From NCBI GenBank assembly GCA_964523705.1, contig CAZFYA010000001.1, forward strand, positions 185,420 to 249,419: DNA of 64,000 nucleotides. The letters are read 5' to 3'. The DNA comes from an uncultured Gammaproteobacteria bacterium (lineage in GTDB: Bacteria; Patescibacteriota; Microgenomatia; Levybacterales; UBA12049). The notes under the pieces are model-generated. The model searched no databases. It saw only the letters and a list, made by a program, of their open reading frames with translations, and was not told where the DNA came from. The number at the start of each line of letters is the position of its first letter. Position 1 is the first letter of the stretch. Positions 17,559-27,717 of the stretch are shown in pieces. The position numbers were made by a program, and so were the translations under genes.

Positions 17559-18884
17559 TTGTTACATATGAAAAACTCTAAATTAGAGAAAGATATGTTG
17601 GCAAATTCTCTAGAAAGAGCTGCTAAATTTGCAAACAATAGTAATTTTATTACAAATATTTATAAGGTTCCCCTATATAATGATGACCCTAAAATATTCG
17701 CCTATTCAGCAACGTACAAACTTAAGTATAAAAATAACGAAGATGTAGCGAATGGATTTTCTTTCTTTAAAAATATTGCCTTGATGAGAGTACTGGGAGA
17801 AGGAGTAGAACGCTATTGCCTAGATCATTTTTCTCCTAAAAACACCTGTTTTTGTAAGGAAAGTGAAGTTAAAACCTATCATTTAAACCCACTTAAAATA
17901 ATTGCTTTTTCATCTAAGCAACTTAAGAACAATAATTTTAATAAGTTTAGAATAGATGATACGTCTCTGTTTGGATGGACTAAAGGAGTATCTCTTACTA
18001 AGAAAAAAGATGTCCTTGTACCTTCTCAACTAGTTATCTTTAACTATGTAACGTTAAAAAATGAACCAAGAATCTTATCCTCAATCTCTACAGGCGCTGC
18101 ATCTGGATTATCGCTAGAAGATGCTTTATATAGGGCAATCTGTGAAATCGTTGAAAGGGATGCATTTATGATAAGCTACCTCAATAAACTTAATTCTCCA
18201 CGATTAGATCTGTTATCAATTGGTGATCCTGCAATCAATAAAATTCTTAATACCTATGCTCGGTATAAACTAGAACTGGCTGTAATTGACATTACAACTA
18301 ATTTACAAATTCCAGCATTTGTCGCCATCACTTTGGACAGAACCGGTATAGGACCTGCTACATCCGTAGGACTTAAAGCAGGATTTAATATTAAAGATGC
18401 TATAATTGGAGCAATTGAAGAATCTCTAATGACTAGGTCTTGGCAACGAGACAACCATACATATAATAATCTTAGGGAACGAAAGCAAAAAAAAGAGATC
18501 CTTCAAGAATTAACAGAAAAAGCTTGTTTCTGGTTTTCTATAGATAAAATCAAGCACCTTGATTTTTGGCTAAATAATAAAAATGTTAAAAAAATTAATA
18601 TCAAAAAATATAAATACTCGAATAGCAATCTAAAAAAAGCGGTTCAAAAATTAACAGCAAAAAAAATGGAAATTATATATGTAGATATAACAACTGATAA
18701 GATTAAACAGTATGGCTTTACTACGGTAAAGGTAATTATCCCTGGATTACATCCTCTACATTTGGACGAAAAACATCCTTATTGGGGAGGAGAACGATTA
18801 TATAATGCTCCTATTGAGATGGGCTTGTTAAAAACAACTAAACATGAAAATGAATTAAATAAAATTCCTCACCCATTCTTATGA
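17559..18884 (+). CDS. YcaO-domain cyclodehydratase (SagD-like, TOMM D-protein)
   Basis: YcaO signature SISTGAASGLSLEDALYRAICEIVERDAF (GxAxG...ExxERD), 441 aa. It has a TTG start with an ATG 3 codons later, and a 4-nt ATGA overlap with the next gene. Confidence 0.8.
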   Translation: MLHMKNSKLEKDMLANSLERAAKFANNSNFITNIYKVPLYNDDPKIFAYSATYKLKYKNNEDVANGFSFFKNIALMRVLGEGVERYCLDHFSPKNTCFCKESEVKTYHLNPLKIIAFSSKQLKNNNFNKFRIDDTSLFGWTKGVSLTKKKDVLVPSQLVIFNYVTLKNEPRILSSISTGAASGLSLEDALYRAICEIVERDAFMISYLNKLNSPRLDLLSIGDPAINKILNTYARYKLELAVIDITTNLQIPAFVAITLDRTGIGPATSVGLKAGFNIKDAIIGAIEESLMTRSWQRDNHTYNNLRERKQKKEILQELTEKACFWFSIDKIKHLDFWLNNKNVKKINIKKYKYSNSNLKKAVQKLTAKKMEIIYVDITTDKIKQYGFTTVKVIIPGLHPLHLDEKHPYWGGERLYNAPIEMGLLKTTKHENELNKIPHPFL

Positions 18885-19666
18885 AAACAAATAACACTAA
18901 GATATTATTGGAAAAAATTGAAGGCAAACAATCTGTTTCAGACAAATTTCATTCTTTTACAAATAACAAAATTTTAGGTGTTAAAATAAACAGAAAATAC
19001 GCTCCCCCTCAATCATGGATAAAAATTCATTTTAAGACTTATCCCCGTCTAAACAGAATTAAACTTAATAGTAAGATAGAAAAAAATAAAACAGGTAAAT
19101 TATCCAACATAATTGAGCAAAGAAAATCTTTTAGAAAGTTTTCAGGTCTATCTATCACAAAAAACGATCTTTCTTATCTATTACTTTATTCATGCGGATT
19201 GATAAGGTTGGGAAAATCATTCGATGATTCCAGAAGGCCTTATCCATCTGCAGGGGCGAGATACCCTTTGGAAATATACCCACTTATACTAAAGTGTGAA
19301 GAAATAGAAAATGGTCTATATCATTACAATGTTAAGGAACATTCATTAGAATTATTGTTAAAAGAAAACTTAAGCAATTGGCTTCTCAAAACTACTGGCG
19401 GAGAAAATTGGATGACAAAAGCTTCTGTGATATTTATAATTACAGGCGTTCTAGATAGAACAAGAGTAAAATATGGAGACCGAGGATATAGATATGTTTT
19501 AATTGAAGCAGGTCATGTGGGACAAAATATTTGTCTTTTATCAACAGACTTGGGATTAGGAAGTTGCGCCATAGGAGGATATATAGATCAGGAGGTAAAT
19601 AAACTATTAGATATTAATTTACAAAAAGAAAATACGTTATATATGTTTGCTGTTGGTAAATTATGA
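18881..19666 (+). CDS. SagB-type FMN-dependent dehydrogenase (McbC-like, nitroreductase fold) for azoline-to-azole oxidation
   Basis: RRPYPSAGARYPLEIYP, GLYHYN, and KYGDRGYRYVLIEAGHVGQNICLLSTDLGLGSCAIGGY. There are ATGA overlaps on both sides. Confidence 0.8.
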   Translation: MKTNNTKILLEKIEGKQSVSDKFHSFTNNKILGVKINRKYAPPQSWIKIHFKTYPRLNRIKLNSKIEKNKTGKLSNIIEQRKSFRKFSGLSITKNDLSYLLLYSCGLIRLGKSFDDSRRPYPSAGARYPLEIYPLILKCEEIENGLYHYNVKEHSLELLLKENLSNWLLKTTGGENWMTKASVIFIITGVLDRTRVKYGDRGYRYVLIEAGHVGQNICLLSTDLGLGSCAIGGYIDQEVNKLLDINLQKENTLYMFAVGKL

Positions 19667-20955
19667 AAATTTCTTATAATAAATACAATCTTCCAAACGG
19701 ACTTACTGTGATTCTTCAGCCCATGCCCTTTGTAAATTCAGTAGTTGTAAATGTTGTAGTGGGAGCAGGTCCACGTTTTGAAACTAAAAAATCTGCTGGT
19801 CTTGCTCATTTTCTCGAACACATGCTTTTTGAAGGGACAAAAAGGTTTCCTACAGCAAAGGACGTTGCCAGAAGAATAGAAAAAATCGGAGGCACTAGCA
19901 GGGCTTTTACTGAAAAGGAATACGTCTCCTATTATACAAAAATCCCAAAACAACATCTTAATGTAGCATTTGATTATTTGTCTGATATTCTATTCAATTC
20001 CTTATTAGAAAGCGACGTAATTGAAAAGGAAAAAAGAATTGTAATAGAGGAGTTGAGAAGATCTGAAGATAATCCAGAAGTAAATATATGGAATTTATGG
20101 CTAGAGTGGATATGGGGCAAGAATCAATCACTTGGTCGTTCTACTATGGGCGACGAAGTAACAATAAAAAAAATAACTAAACAAAAACTGCAAGATTATC
20201 TAGATATGCTTTATCATCCCTCAAATATGGCAATCGTAGTTACAGGAAACTTTTCCATAAAAGAAGCAAAAGAATATATTTTGAAATACTTTGGGAAAAC
20301 TCGATCAAAAAGTGTTCCACTCTTTAAAAGAGTAAGGTTTAATCACAAAAAAATACATACTAAAATTGTCCAATCAGATACAAAACAGGCACAACTGATT
20401 CTTGGATTTGTAACAGATATTTCTTATCATCACAAAGATCGTTTCTCAATACGGGCTATTGCAGATGTTTTAAGTGGAGGAATAAGCTCGCGACTTTCCA
20501 ATAAGCTTATTTATGAATTGGGAATCGCATATTCAGCGTGGGCATACACGTGGATTTTTTCTGATAACGGATTATTCTGTATTTCTGGTGGGTTTTCTCC
20601 TCGAAACTTAAAAAATGCAATAAAAGTGATCTTGGAAGAATTAAATAAATTAAAAAAGCGAAAGGTTGCAGAAACAGAATTAAAAGAAGCAAAAGAAAAA
20701 AACATAGCAGAACTCTTTTTTTCTTTGGAAACACCAGATGCAATGGCAAGTTTATATTCATCACAACAAATTACAGAAAAACAAATCATGACTCCAGAAA
20801 AAATTTCAACAAAAATAGATAAGGTAACAACAGAAGATATGTTGAGAGTGGCTAGAAAATATTTTAATCTTGAAAATTTAAGATTAATAATACATGGTCC
20901 TTTAAAAGAAAAGGAGATAATTTCTATAGAAAAGTTATTAAAACAAATGTCTTAA
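19663..20955 (+). CDS. M16-family (pitrilysin/insulinase-like) zinc metallopeptidase, candidate leader peptidase
   Basis: Inverted zinc motif HFLEHMLFEGT plus the downstream Glu in SRAFTEKEYVSYY, 430 aa. Confidence 0.8.
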   Translation: MKISYNKYNLPNGLTVILQPMPFVNSVVVNVVVGAGPRFETKKSAGLAHFLEHMLFEGTKRFPTAKDVARRIEKIGGTSRAFTEKEYVSYYTKIPKQHLNVAFDYLSDILFNSLLESDVIEKEKRIVIEELRRSEDNPEVNIWNLWLEWIWGKNQSLGRSTMGDEVTIKKITKQKLQDYLDMLYHPSNMAIVVTGNFSIKEAKEYILKYFGKTRSKSVPLFKRVRFNHKKIHTKIVQSDTKQAQLILGFVTDISYHHKDRFSIRAIADVLSGGISSRLSNKLIYELGIAYSAWAYTWIFSDNGLFCISGGFSPRNLKNAIKVILEELNKLKKRKVAETELKEAKEKNIAELFFSLETPDAMASLYSSQQITEKQIMTPEKISTKIDKVTTEDMLRVARKYFNLENLRLIIHGPLKEKEIISIEKLLKQMS

Positions 20956-21104
20956 GTCGTGGTTTTTTTGAAAATAATCTTAAATTACAATGGCGTCTTA
21001 CTAGACATTTGACCATTATGCAAAGACTAAACTGGGCTCCCCCGCGAGGACTCGAGCTAATTATTGTCCTATTTATCCAGCTTTGGTAAAATTGCCTTAG
21101 CTTT

Positions 21105-22517
21105 ATGAATAAATTCTATATTACTACTGCGATTGATTATGTAAACGACACTATTCACCTTGGACATGCATTCCAAAAAATAGCGGCGGATGTTCTAACG
21201 CGTTTTAAAAGAGAAAACTTGGGAAAAGAAAATGTTTTTTTTCTAACCGGAACTGATGAATATGGACAAAAAGCAGAGAAAGCTGCCAAAGAAGCAAAAA
21301 TATTCCCTTTAGAATTTGTTGAAAAAATATCTAAATCTGACCAAAAAGAACAGGATAGTTTAAATATTTCATATAACCGTTTTATTAGAACAACCGATAA
21401 AGACCATGCAAAAACAGTTTTTGAAATCTGGCAAAGAGTTAATAAATCAGGAGATATTTATAAAAGTAATTATTCCGGTCTTTATTGTGAAGGATGTGAA
21501 GCATACTATACTGAAAACGATTTAGAAAACGGCAAGTGTCCCCTTCATCCAAATTTAGAAATTAAAAAAATAACCGAAGAAAATTATTTTTTCAAATGGA
21601 GCAAATATAAAGATTTTTTAATTGATCACATTAAAAACAATCCTGATTTTATTTTTCCAAAACACCGTAGTCATGAAATGCTTGAATTTGCAAAAAACAT
21701 AAAAGATATTCCAATCTCAAGAACTAATTTTTCCTGGGGAATTCCTGTGCCAAATGACAAAAACCAAGTGATTTATGTCTGGTTTGATGCATTAATTAAT
21801 TACTTAACCGGAATTGGTTTTTCAAACGATAAAAAACTTTTTGAAAAATTCTGGCCAGCTGATGTACATATTTTAGGAAAAGATAATCTTCGTTGGCATG
21901 CTCTTTTATGGCCGGCAATATTAAAATCCGCGGGAATTCCCTTACCAAAAACAATTTTAGTTAATGGATTTTTAACAATAAACGGAGAAAAAATAAGTAA
22001 GTCCCAAGGAAATATTATTAGACCAACTGACTGGGTTGAAAAATATGGAGCAGATGCCGTTAGATATTATTTACTTCGCTATGCCGGTTTAACCGAAGAT
22101 TCTGATATTTCCGAAGAGAAACTAAAACAAGCATATAATTCAGATTTAGCAAATGGACTTGGAAACTTAATTTCAAGAGTTGCAAAACTTTGCGAGAGGG
22201 TATCGTTAGGAAAAATTAATTCTCCAAATAATTTTTCAGAAAAGTTTTCTAATCTTGTTAATAAATATTATTTCGATGAAGCGTTAATCAACGTATGGAC
22301 AAGAATTTATCATTTAAATCAACAAATAAATAAAGTTGAACCATGGAAAATTGAAGATAAAGATAAACTTGAGAAATTTTTAAAAAATATTGCTCAAGAA
22401 ATTCTAAAAATAGCATTTGACTTAAAACCTTTTCTGCCGAAAACTGCGGAAAAAATTCTTAATCAATTTTCAAAACCGGAAATTAAAAGTGAGCCACCAT
22501 TATTCCCAAGAATTTAA
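21105..22517 (+). CDS. metG: Methionyl-tRNA synthetase (short form)
   Basis: YITTAIDYVNDTIHLGHAFQKIAADVLTRFKR (HIGH-class motif HLGH), a zinc knuckle CEGCE...CPLH, and KMSKS-like KISKSQGN. Confidence 0.85.
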   Translation: MNKFYITTAIDYVNDTIHLGHAFQKIAADVLTRFKRENLGKENVFFLTGTDEYGQKAEKAAKEAKIFPLEFVEKISKSDQKEQDSLNISYNRFIRTTDKDHAKTVFEIWQRVNKSGDIYKSNYSGLYCEGCEAYYTENDLENGKCPLHPNLEIKKITEENYFFKWSKYKDFLIDHIKNNPDFIFPKHRSHEMLEFAKNIKDIPISRTNFSWGIPVPNDKNQVIYVWFDALINYLTGIGFSNDKKLFEKFWPADVHILGKDNLRWHALLWPAILKSAGIPLPKTILVNGFLTINGEKISKSQGNIIRPTDWVEKYGADAVRYYLLRYAGLTEDSDISEEKLKQAYNSDLANGLGNLISRVAKLCERVSLGKINSPNNFSEKFSNLVNKYYFDEALINVWTRIYHLNQQINKVEPWKIEDKDKLEKFLKNIAQEILKIAFDLKPFLPKTAEKILNQFSKPEIKSEPPLFPRI

Positions 22518-22520
22518 TTT

Positions 22521-23315
22521 ATGGTAGATGTACATTGTCACTTAAATTTTAAAGCTTTTGAAGAAGACTTAGATGAAGTTATAAAACGGGCTTTAAAAAA
22601 TGGTGTTGAAAAAATATTAAATGTTGGATCAAGTATTGAAACAAGTATTGCTGCTGTTAAACTTTCTGAAAAATATAATAATCTTTTTGCAACTGTTGGA
22701 ATTCATCCTCATCATGCGGATAAACTTGAAAAAAACTGGGATGAAAAATTAGAAAATTTAGCAAAGAGTAAAAAAGTAGTTGCAATTGGTGAAACGGGAA
22801 TGGATTTTTATCCTTATGAATCAAATGGAATAACAGATGAAAAATTACAAAAAGAACTTTTTATAAAACAAATTGAAATTGCCAACAAATTAAAACTTCC
22901 ACTTCAAATACACAACAGACAAGCAGGAGAAAAAATATTAGATATTTTAAAAGCAAATAAAAATTTATTAAAAAACCCTCCTGGTCTTTTTCATTGTTTT
23001 TCAGGCGATATTGATTTTTTAAAAAAAGTTTTAGAACTTAATTTTTATGTAGGCTTTGACGGAAACATTTCATATAAAGGAATTGCTAAAGGAGAAAATA
23101 CATTGCTTTCTGATTTAGTAAACTATGCTCCGCTTGACAGAATTATCACCGAAACTGATGCTCCTTATCTAACTCCTGTTCCTCACAGAGGTAGCAGAAA
23201 TGAACCCTCTTATGTTATAATTGTGGCTGAATTTATTGCTAAAATTAAGAAAGAAAAATTAGAAACAGTTATTAAAAAAACTACTAAGAATGCTCATACT
23301 GTTTTTAACTTCTAA
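22521..23315 (+). CDS. tatD: TatD-family metal-dependent DNase/hydrolase
   Basis: MVDVHCHLNF, GIHPHHA, GETGMDFY, FHCFSGD, ETDAPYL. Confidence 0.8.
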   Translation: MVDVHCHLNFKAFEEDLDEVIKRALKNGVEKILNVGSSIETSIAAVKLSEKYNNLFATVGIHPHHADKLEKNWDEKLENLAKSKKVVAIGETGMDFYPYESNGITDEKLQKELFIKQIEIANKLKLPLQIHNRQAGEKILDILKANKNLLKNPPGLFHCFSGDIDFLKKVLELNFYVGFDGNISYKGIAKGENTLLSDLVNYAPLDRIITETDAPYLTPVPHRGSRNEPSYVIIVAEFIAKIKKEKLETVIKKTTKNAHTVFNF

Positions 23316-23346
23316 TTCTTGATTTTATTTTTTTATTAAGAGCATT

Positions 23347-24843
23347 ATGCAAAAATTTTTAGATAAAATTTTTACACGCTATCCTGTTAAGACCAAAAGG
23401 GCTTTAGAAATCTTACCGGGTTTTTTCTCGTGGTCTTTAATTACATTTCCCGTCTGGGGTTCTTTTATCGTTCCTTATCAACTTGCCTACTTTATTTTAT
23501 TTTTTGATATTTACTGGTTCTATAAATCTTTTTCCCTAGCAATAACTTCATATATTTCCTCAAGAAAAATTAATAAAACTGAAAAAATAGATTGGAATAA
23601 AAAAGCTAAAGAGCTTAAAAACTATGAAAAAATGACTCATATCGCCATAATCCCAAACTATACAGAAAGAGTGGATAAACTAAGAATAACCGTTGATTCT
23701 ATCGCTAAGCAAACTTTTCCAACTAAAAGAATTTTTGTAGTTTTAGCAATGGAAAAAAGAGAAAAAGATGCTAAGAAAAAAGCAAATGAATTAATAAATG
23801 AGTTTAAAAATGTCTTTGGAGGAATCTTTGCTGCCTATCATCCGGATATTGAAGGAGAAGTAAAAGGAAAATCATCTAATGAAGCGTTTGCCGGAAAATT
23901 AGCTTATAAAAAATTAGTGGGTGAAGGAATTATTGATCCTAATTTTGCAACAATTTCATCTGTTGATGCTGATTCAATTTTTGATAAACAATATTTTGCT
24001 TATCTTACCAACAGTTTTTTATCTGATGAGAAAAAATATAATAAGTTTTGGCAATCAGCAAATGTTTATTATTCAAACATTTGGAAAGTTCCTGCACCAA
24101 CCAGAGTTGTTTCTTTTTTTGGGAGCCTTTGGAATACTGCGGTTTTAATTCATAAAAATAGACTGATTACAAATGCAACATATTCTACCTCTTTAAAATT
24201 AATGAAAGAAATTGGATTTTGGGATACAGATGTAATTCCTGAAGACTACAGAATTTTCTTTAAAGCATTTTATAAAAAAAGCGGTAATGTCTGGGCAGAT
24301 CCGATCTTTTTAAGAACATCCATGGATGCTGCACAATCTCCAGGTTATATAAACAGTTTAAAAAATAAATATGAGCAGGAAAAACGCTGGGCATGGGGAG
24401 CAAGTGATGATTATTTGTTTATCAAGTGGTGGTTAACAGTTCCAAATGTTCCATTTATTAGAAAAACTTTAATGCTTTTTCCGGTTGTAAGAGATCATTT
24501 TCTTTGGCCGACAAATTGGTTTATAATAACAATAGCAGCAAACATTATGCCTTTAATTAATCCGGTTTTCTCAAGAACAACACTTGGCTACAACTTACCT
24601 AAATTAGCAGGATTTATTTTAACTTCATGCATGCTTTCTCTTTTAGCAATGCTTATTGTTGACATTAAAAATAGACCAAAAAATCTTCCGGGTCCAAGCA
24701 AAAAAACTCAGGCTCTTTTCCCAATTGAGTTTGTTTTGCTTCCAATTGTAGGCTTTTTCTTCTCTTCCTTACCTGCTCTTGTTTCACATACTCAACTTTT
24801 ACTCGGAAAAAGGTTAGAATATAAAGTAACGGAAAAAATATGA
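23347..24843 (+). CDS. Membrane-embedded family-2 glycosyltransferase of the processive (cellulose/chitin-synthase-like) type
   Basis: N- and C-terminal TM helices. IIPNYTE, a DAD (DxD) motif in SSVDADSIF, and QEKRW (QxxRW). Confidence 0.6.
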   Translation: MQKFLDKIFTRYPVKTKRALEILPGFFSWSLITFPVWGSFIVPYQLAYFILFFDIYWFYKSFSLAITSYISSRKINKTEKIDWNKKAKELKNYEKMTHIAIIPNYTERVDKLRITVDSIAKQTFPTKRIFVVLAMEKREKDAKKKANELINEFKNVFGGIFAAYHPDIEGEVKGKSSNEAFAGKLAYKKLVGEGIIDPNFATISSVDADSIFDKQYFAYLTNSFLSDEKKYNKFWQSANVYYSNIWKVPAPTRVVSFFGSLWNTAVLIHKNRLITNATYSTSLKLMKEIGFWDTDVIPEDYRIFFKAFYKKSGNVWADPIFLRTSMDAAQSPGYINSLKNKYEQEKRWAWGASDDYLFIKWWLTVPNVPFIRKTLMLFPVVRDHFLWPTNWFIITIAANIMPLINPVFSRTTLGYNLPKLAGFILTSCMLSLLAMLIVDIKNRPKNLPGPSKKTQALFPIEFVLLPIVGFFFSSLPALVSHTQLLLGKRLEYKVTEKI

Positions 24844-26312
24844 AGACCTTAAAGGTTCTTGAAAAAAGCAAGAGTTTTTGGCTTCTCTTAAGTAGTCTTG
24901 TCTTATTCTTCTTTTTAAGACTTCCTTCTCTTTTTGAACCCTATTGGTATGGAGATGAGGGTATATATCAAACACTTGGAATGGGAATAAATAAAGGAAG
25001 AATTTTATATCAGGGAATTTTTGATAACAAACCTCCTCTTTTATATGTTTTTTATAGTCTTTTTAACGGTGATCAATTTTATTTAAGACTTTTCTCCTTA
25101 ATTTTTGGTCTTTTAGCAATTGCTACTTTTTTCTATCTTGCAAAAAAGCTTTTTAAAAAAAACACGGCTATTTATGTCTCTACTTTTATTTTTGCAATTA
25201 TTTTTGGCCTGCCAATAATTGAGGGAAACATAGCTAATGCTGAAAACTTTATGCTCTTTTTTATTCTTTCGGCGTTTTACTTAGCAATTGATCATTTTAA
25301 AACAAAATGGGAAAACAAAATGTTTTTTTGGGCCGGAATAGTTTTGGGGATTGCTTTTCTTTTTAAAATTGTAGCAATTTTTGATTTTGCAGCATTAGTG
25401 GCATTTCTTTTTGTTGTTAAAACTCCAAAAGATTTTTCAGGAAATCTTTATAAAAAACTAACAAGTGGGCTTAAAGATTTATATTGGCTTATTGTTGGTT
25501 TTATAATTCCTATTTTAGCAACTGCCACTTTTTTCTTTACTCAAGGAGCGTTTCAGGAATTTATAACAGCAACTTTTTACTCAAACGTTGGCTACGTTGG
25601 CTATCATAATAAATTAATAATTCCGCAAGGATTTTTAATTCTAAAACTAGTTTTACTTTTTCTTTTTATTGCTTTTATTTATCTAAGAAGACATAAATTA
25701 ACTACGCAAACTATTTTAATCTGGGTTTGGCTTTCCTTTTCGGTTTTTAACGCTCTTTTTTCGCAGCGCCCCTATACTCACTACCTTCTTGTTTTACTTC
25801 CAAGCTTTTGTCTTTTAATTGGTCTTTTCTTTGAAGAGAAAAAGCTTAGAATAATTAATCTTTTATTTATTGTACTTTTATTAATTATGTCATTTAAGTG
25901 TTTTTGGATTTATACAAAAGTTATTCCTTACTACGAAAACTTTATTAATTTTGCAACAAATAACAAAAGCGTTGCTGATTACCAAAGATTTTTTGATAAA
26001 AAGACACCAATTGATTATCAAATTGCTCAATATATAAATAAAAATACGACTGAAGAGGATAATATTTTTATCTGGGGAAATAATTCTCAACTTTATAAAC
26101 TAACAGGCAAACTTCCCCCCGGTAGATATACTGTTGCTTATCATATGAATAATTATAAAAATGGGCTTAAGGAAACTGCTGAAGCAATTGAAAAAACAAA
26201 ACCTAAGTATATTATTATGATGTCTTATATGAATAACTATCCGTTTCCGCTTTTACACTACAAGCCCACGGTAGTAATTGATAAGATTTCAATTTATGAA
26301 AGAGTTCTTTAA
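24840..26312 (+). CDS. GT-C-fold glycosyltransferase, PMT/ArnT (GT39/GT83)-like polytopic membrane protein
   Basis: First extracytoplasmic loop EPYWYGDEGIYQTLGMGINKG (DE motif). At least 11 TM helices and a hydrophilic C-terminal domain. Confidence 0.5.
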   Translation: MKTLKVLEKSKSFWLLLSSLVLFFFLRLPSLFEPYWYGDEGIYQTLGMGINKGRILYQGIFDNKPPLLYVFYSLFNGDQFYLRLFSLIFGLLAIATFFYLAKKLFKKNTAIYVSTFIFAIIFGLPIIEGNIANAENFMLFFILSAFYLAIDHFKTKWENKMFFWAGIVLGIAFLFKIVAIFDFAALVAFLFVVKTPKDFSGNLYKKLTSGLKDLYWLIVGFIIPILATATFFFTQGAFQEFITATFYSNVGYVGYHNKLIIPQGFLILKLVLLFLFIAFIYLRRHKLTTQTILIWVWLSFSVFNALFSQRPYTHYLLVLLPSFCLLIGLFFEEKKLRIINLLFIVLLLIMSFKCFWIYTKVIPYYENFINFATNNKSVADYQRFFDKKTPIDYQIAQYINKNTTEEDNIFIWGNNSQLYKLTGKLPPGRYTVAYHMNNYKNGLKETAEAIEKTKPKYIIMMSYMNNYPFPLLHYKPTVVIDKISIYERVL

Positions 26313-26649
26313 GGATTTAAAAAATGACCGTATTATTTCAAGAGGGTATCTACTTTCTTTTCTGTTTTTAATAATAACTGTTGTTTATATATTTTTATAT
26401 TATTCAAGCTTACCCCCGTTTATTCCTCTTTTTAATCAACTACCATGGGGAGAAATGCGCTTAGTTGAAACTATTGGAATTTTTTTACCAATTAGTATTG
26501 CTATTGCTATTACGATTTTTAACTTTTTCCTTTCCGCATCAATTTACAAAAGAAATCCCTTGGTACCAAGAATTTTAACTTTAACTAATTTATTAATTTC
26601 ACTTTTAACACTTCTTTTTATAATAAGAACTATTCAAATTGTTTTATAA
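26278..26649 (+). CDS. Small membrane protein (3-4 TM), unknown; possible accessory subunit of neighbouring glycosyltransferases
   Basis: Hydrophobic helices throughout. It abuts the next gene. Confidence 0.4.
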   Translation: MIRFQFMKEFFKDLKNDRIISRGYLLSFLFLIITVVYIFLYYSSLPPFIPLFNQLPWGEMRLVETIGIFLPISIAIAITIFNFFLSASIYKRNPLVPRILTLTNLLISLLTLLFIIRTIQIVL

Positions 26650-27717
26650 ATGTTAAATATTTTAAATTCCATATTTTTTCCTTTTTTAACTGCTTTTTTA
26701 GCAACTATTGTTTTTGTTCCCCTATCTTTAATTCTTATTAAAAAATACAAATTAATCGATGATCCTAAAAAAAGAAAACACCCGGCAATACTGCATAAAA
26801 AACCTATTCCAAGAGGCGGAGGAATTCCTTTATTTTTAGGTTGTCTTTTAGCCGGAATTTTTTTTCTTCCTTTAACTAAAATAACAATTGTTTTGTTTCT
26901 AGCTTCTTTTGTCTCTCTTGTTATAGGAGTAATGGATGATAAATTTGACATCTCTCCTTACTTTAGATTTTTAATAAACATCGTTGTTGCAGTTGCTGTT
27001 GTTTATGCAGGAGTAAACATTGCCTTTATTACTAATCCCTTAGGAGGAATTCTGCACTTAGATAAAATCGCAATTCCTTTTTTAGATACTTCTCTTTCCT
27101 ATATTATTGCTGTTATCTGGATTGTTTGGATTATGAACATGCTTAATTGGAGTAAAGGCGTTGATGGACAAATGCCGGGTATTGTTGCAATTTCTGCCAT
27201 TATAATCGGCCTTTTAAGTCTTCGCTTTAATGCAACTGATCCATCAACAATGATTAGCACCACTCTTTCTTTTATTGTTGCCGGGGCGTCGCTAGGATTT
27301 TTAATTTTTAATTTTTATCCTGCAAAAATATTTCCAGGATATGGAGCAACATCAATTTATCTTTTGCTTGCTGTTGCTTCAATTCTGTCTTCTGCAAAAT
27401 TAGCAACTGCAATTTTGGTTATGGGAATTCCAATGATTGATGGTTTATTTACCATTTTTAGAAGAATAATAAGTGGAAAATCTCCTTTTAGACATGATAA
27501 CAAACACCTTCATCACCTACTTTTGAAAAGGCACTGGGGACAGCGAAGAATTGCGTTGTTTTATTGGTTAATTTCTGCTATGCTTGGAGCAATTTCTTTG
27601 CTTCTGTCTAGCAAGGGTAAAATATTTGCCATAATAATGCTAGCAATTATTGTAGGAGGAGGAATTTTATTTCTTCAGCTTACAATAAAGCATAATGAAG
27701 ATGAAAATGGCGTTTAA
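26650..27717 (+). CDS. Polyprenyl-phosphate N-acetylhexosamine-1-phosphate transferase (WecA/MraY family, GT4-like PNPT)
   Basis: VIGVMDDKFDISP (DDxxD), NMLNWSKGVDGQMPG, and 10-11 TM helices. Confidence 0.7.
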   Translation: MLNILNSIFFPFLTAFLATIVFVPLSLILIKKYKLIDDPKKRKHPAILHKKPIPRGGGIPLFLGCLLAGIFFLPLTKITIVLFLASFVSLVIGVMDDKFDISPYFRFLINIVVAVAVVYAGVNIAFITNPLGGILHLDKIAIPFLDTSLSYIIAVIWIVWIMNMLNWSKGVDGQMPGIVAISAIIIGLLSLRFNATDPSTMISTTLSFIVAGASLGFLIFNFYPAKIFPGYGATSIYLLLAVASILSSAKLATAILVMGIPMIDGLFTIFRRIISGKSPFRHDNKHLHHLLLKRHWGQRRIALFYWLISAMLGAISLLLSSKGKIFAIIMLAIIVGGGILFLQLTIKHNEDENGV

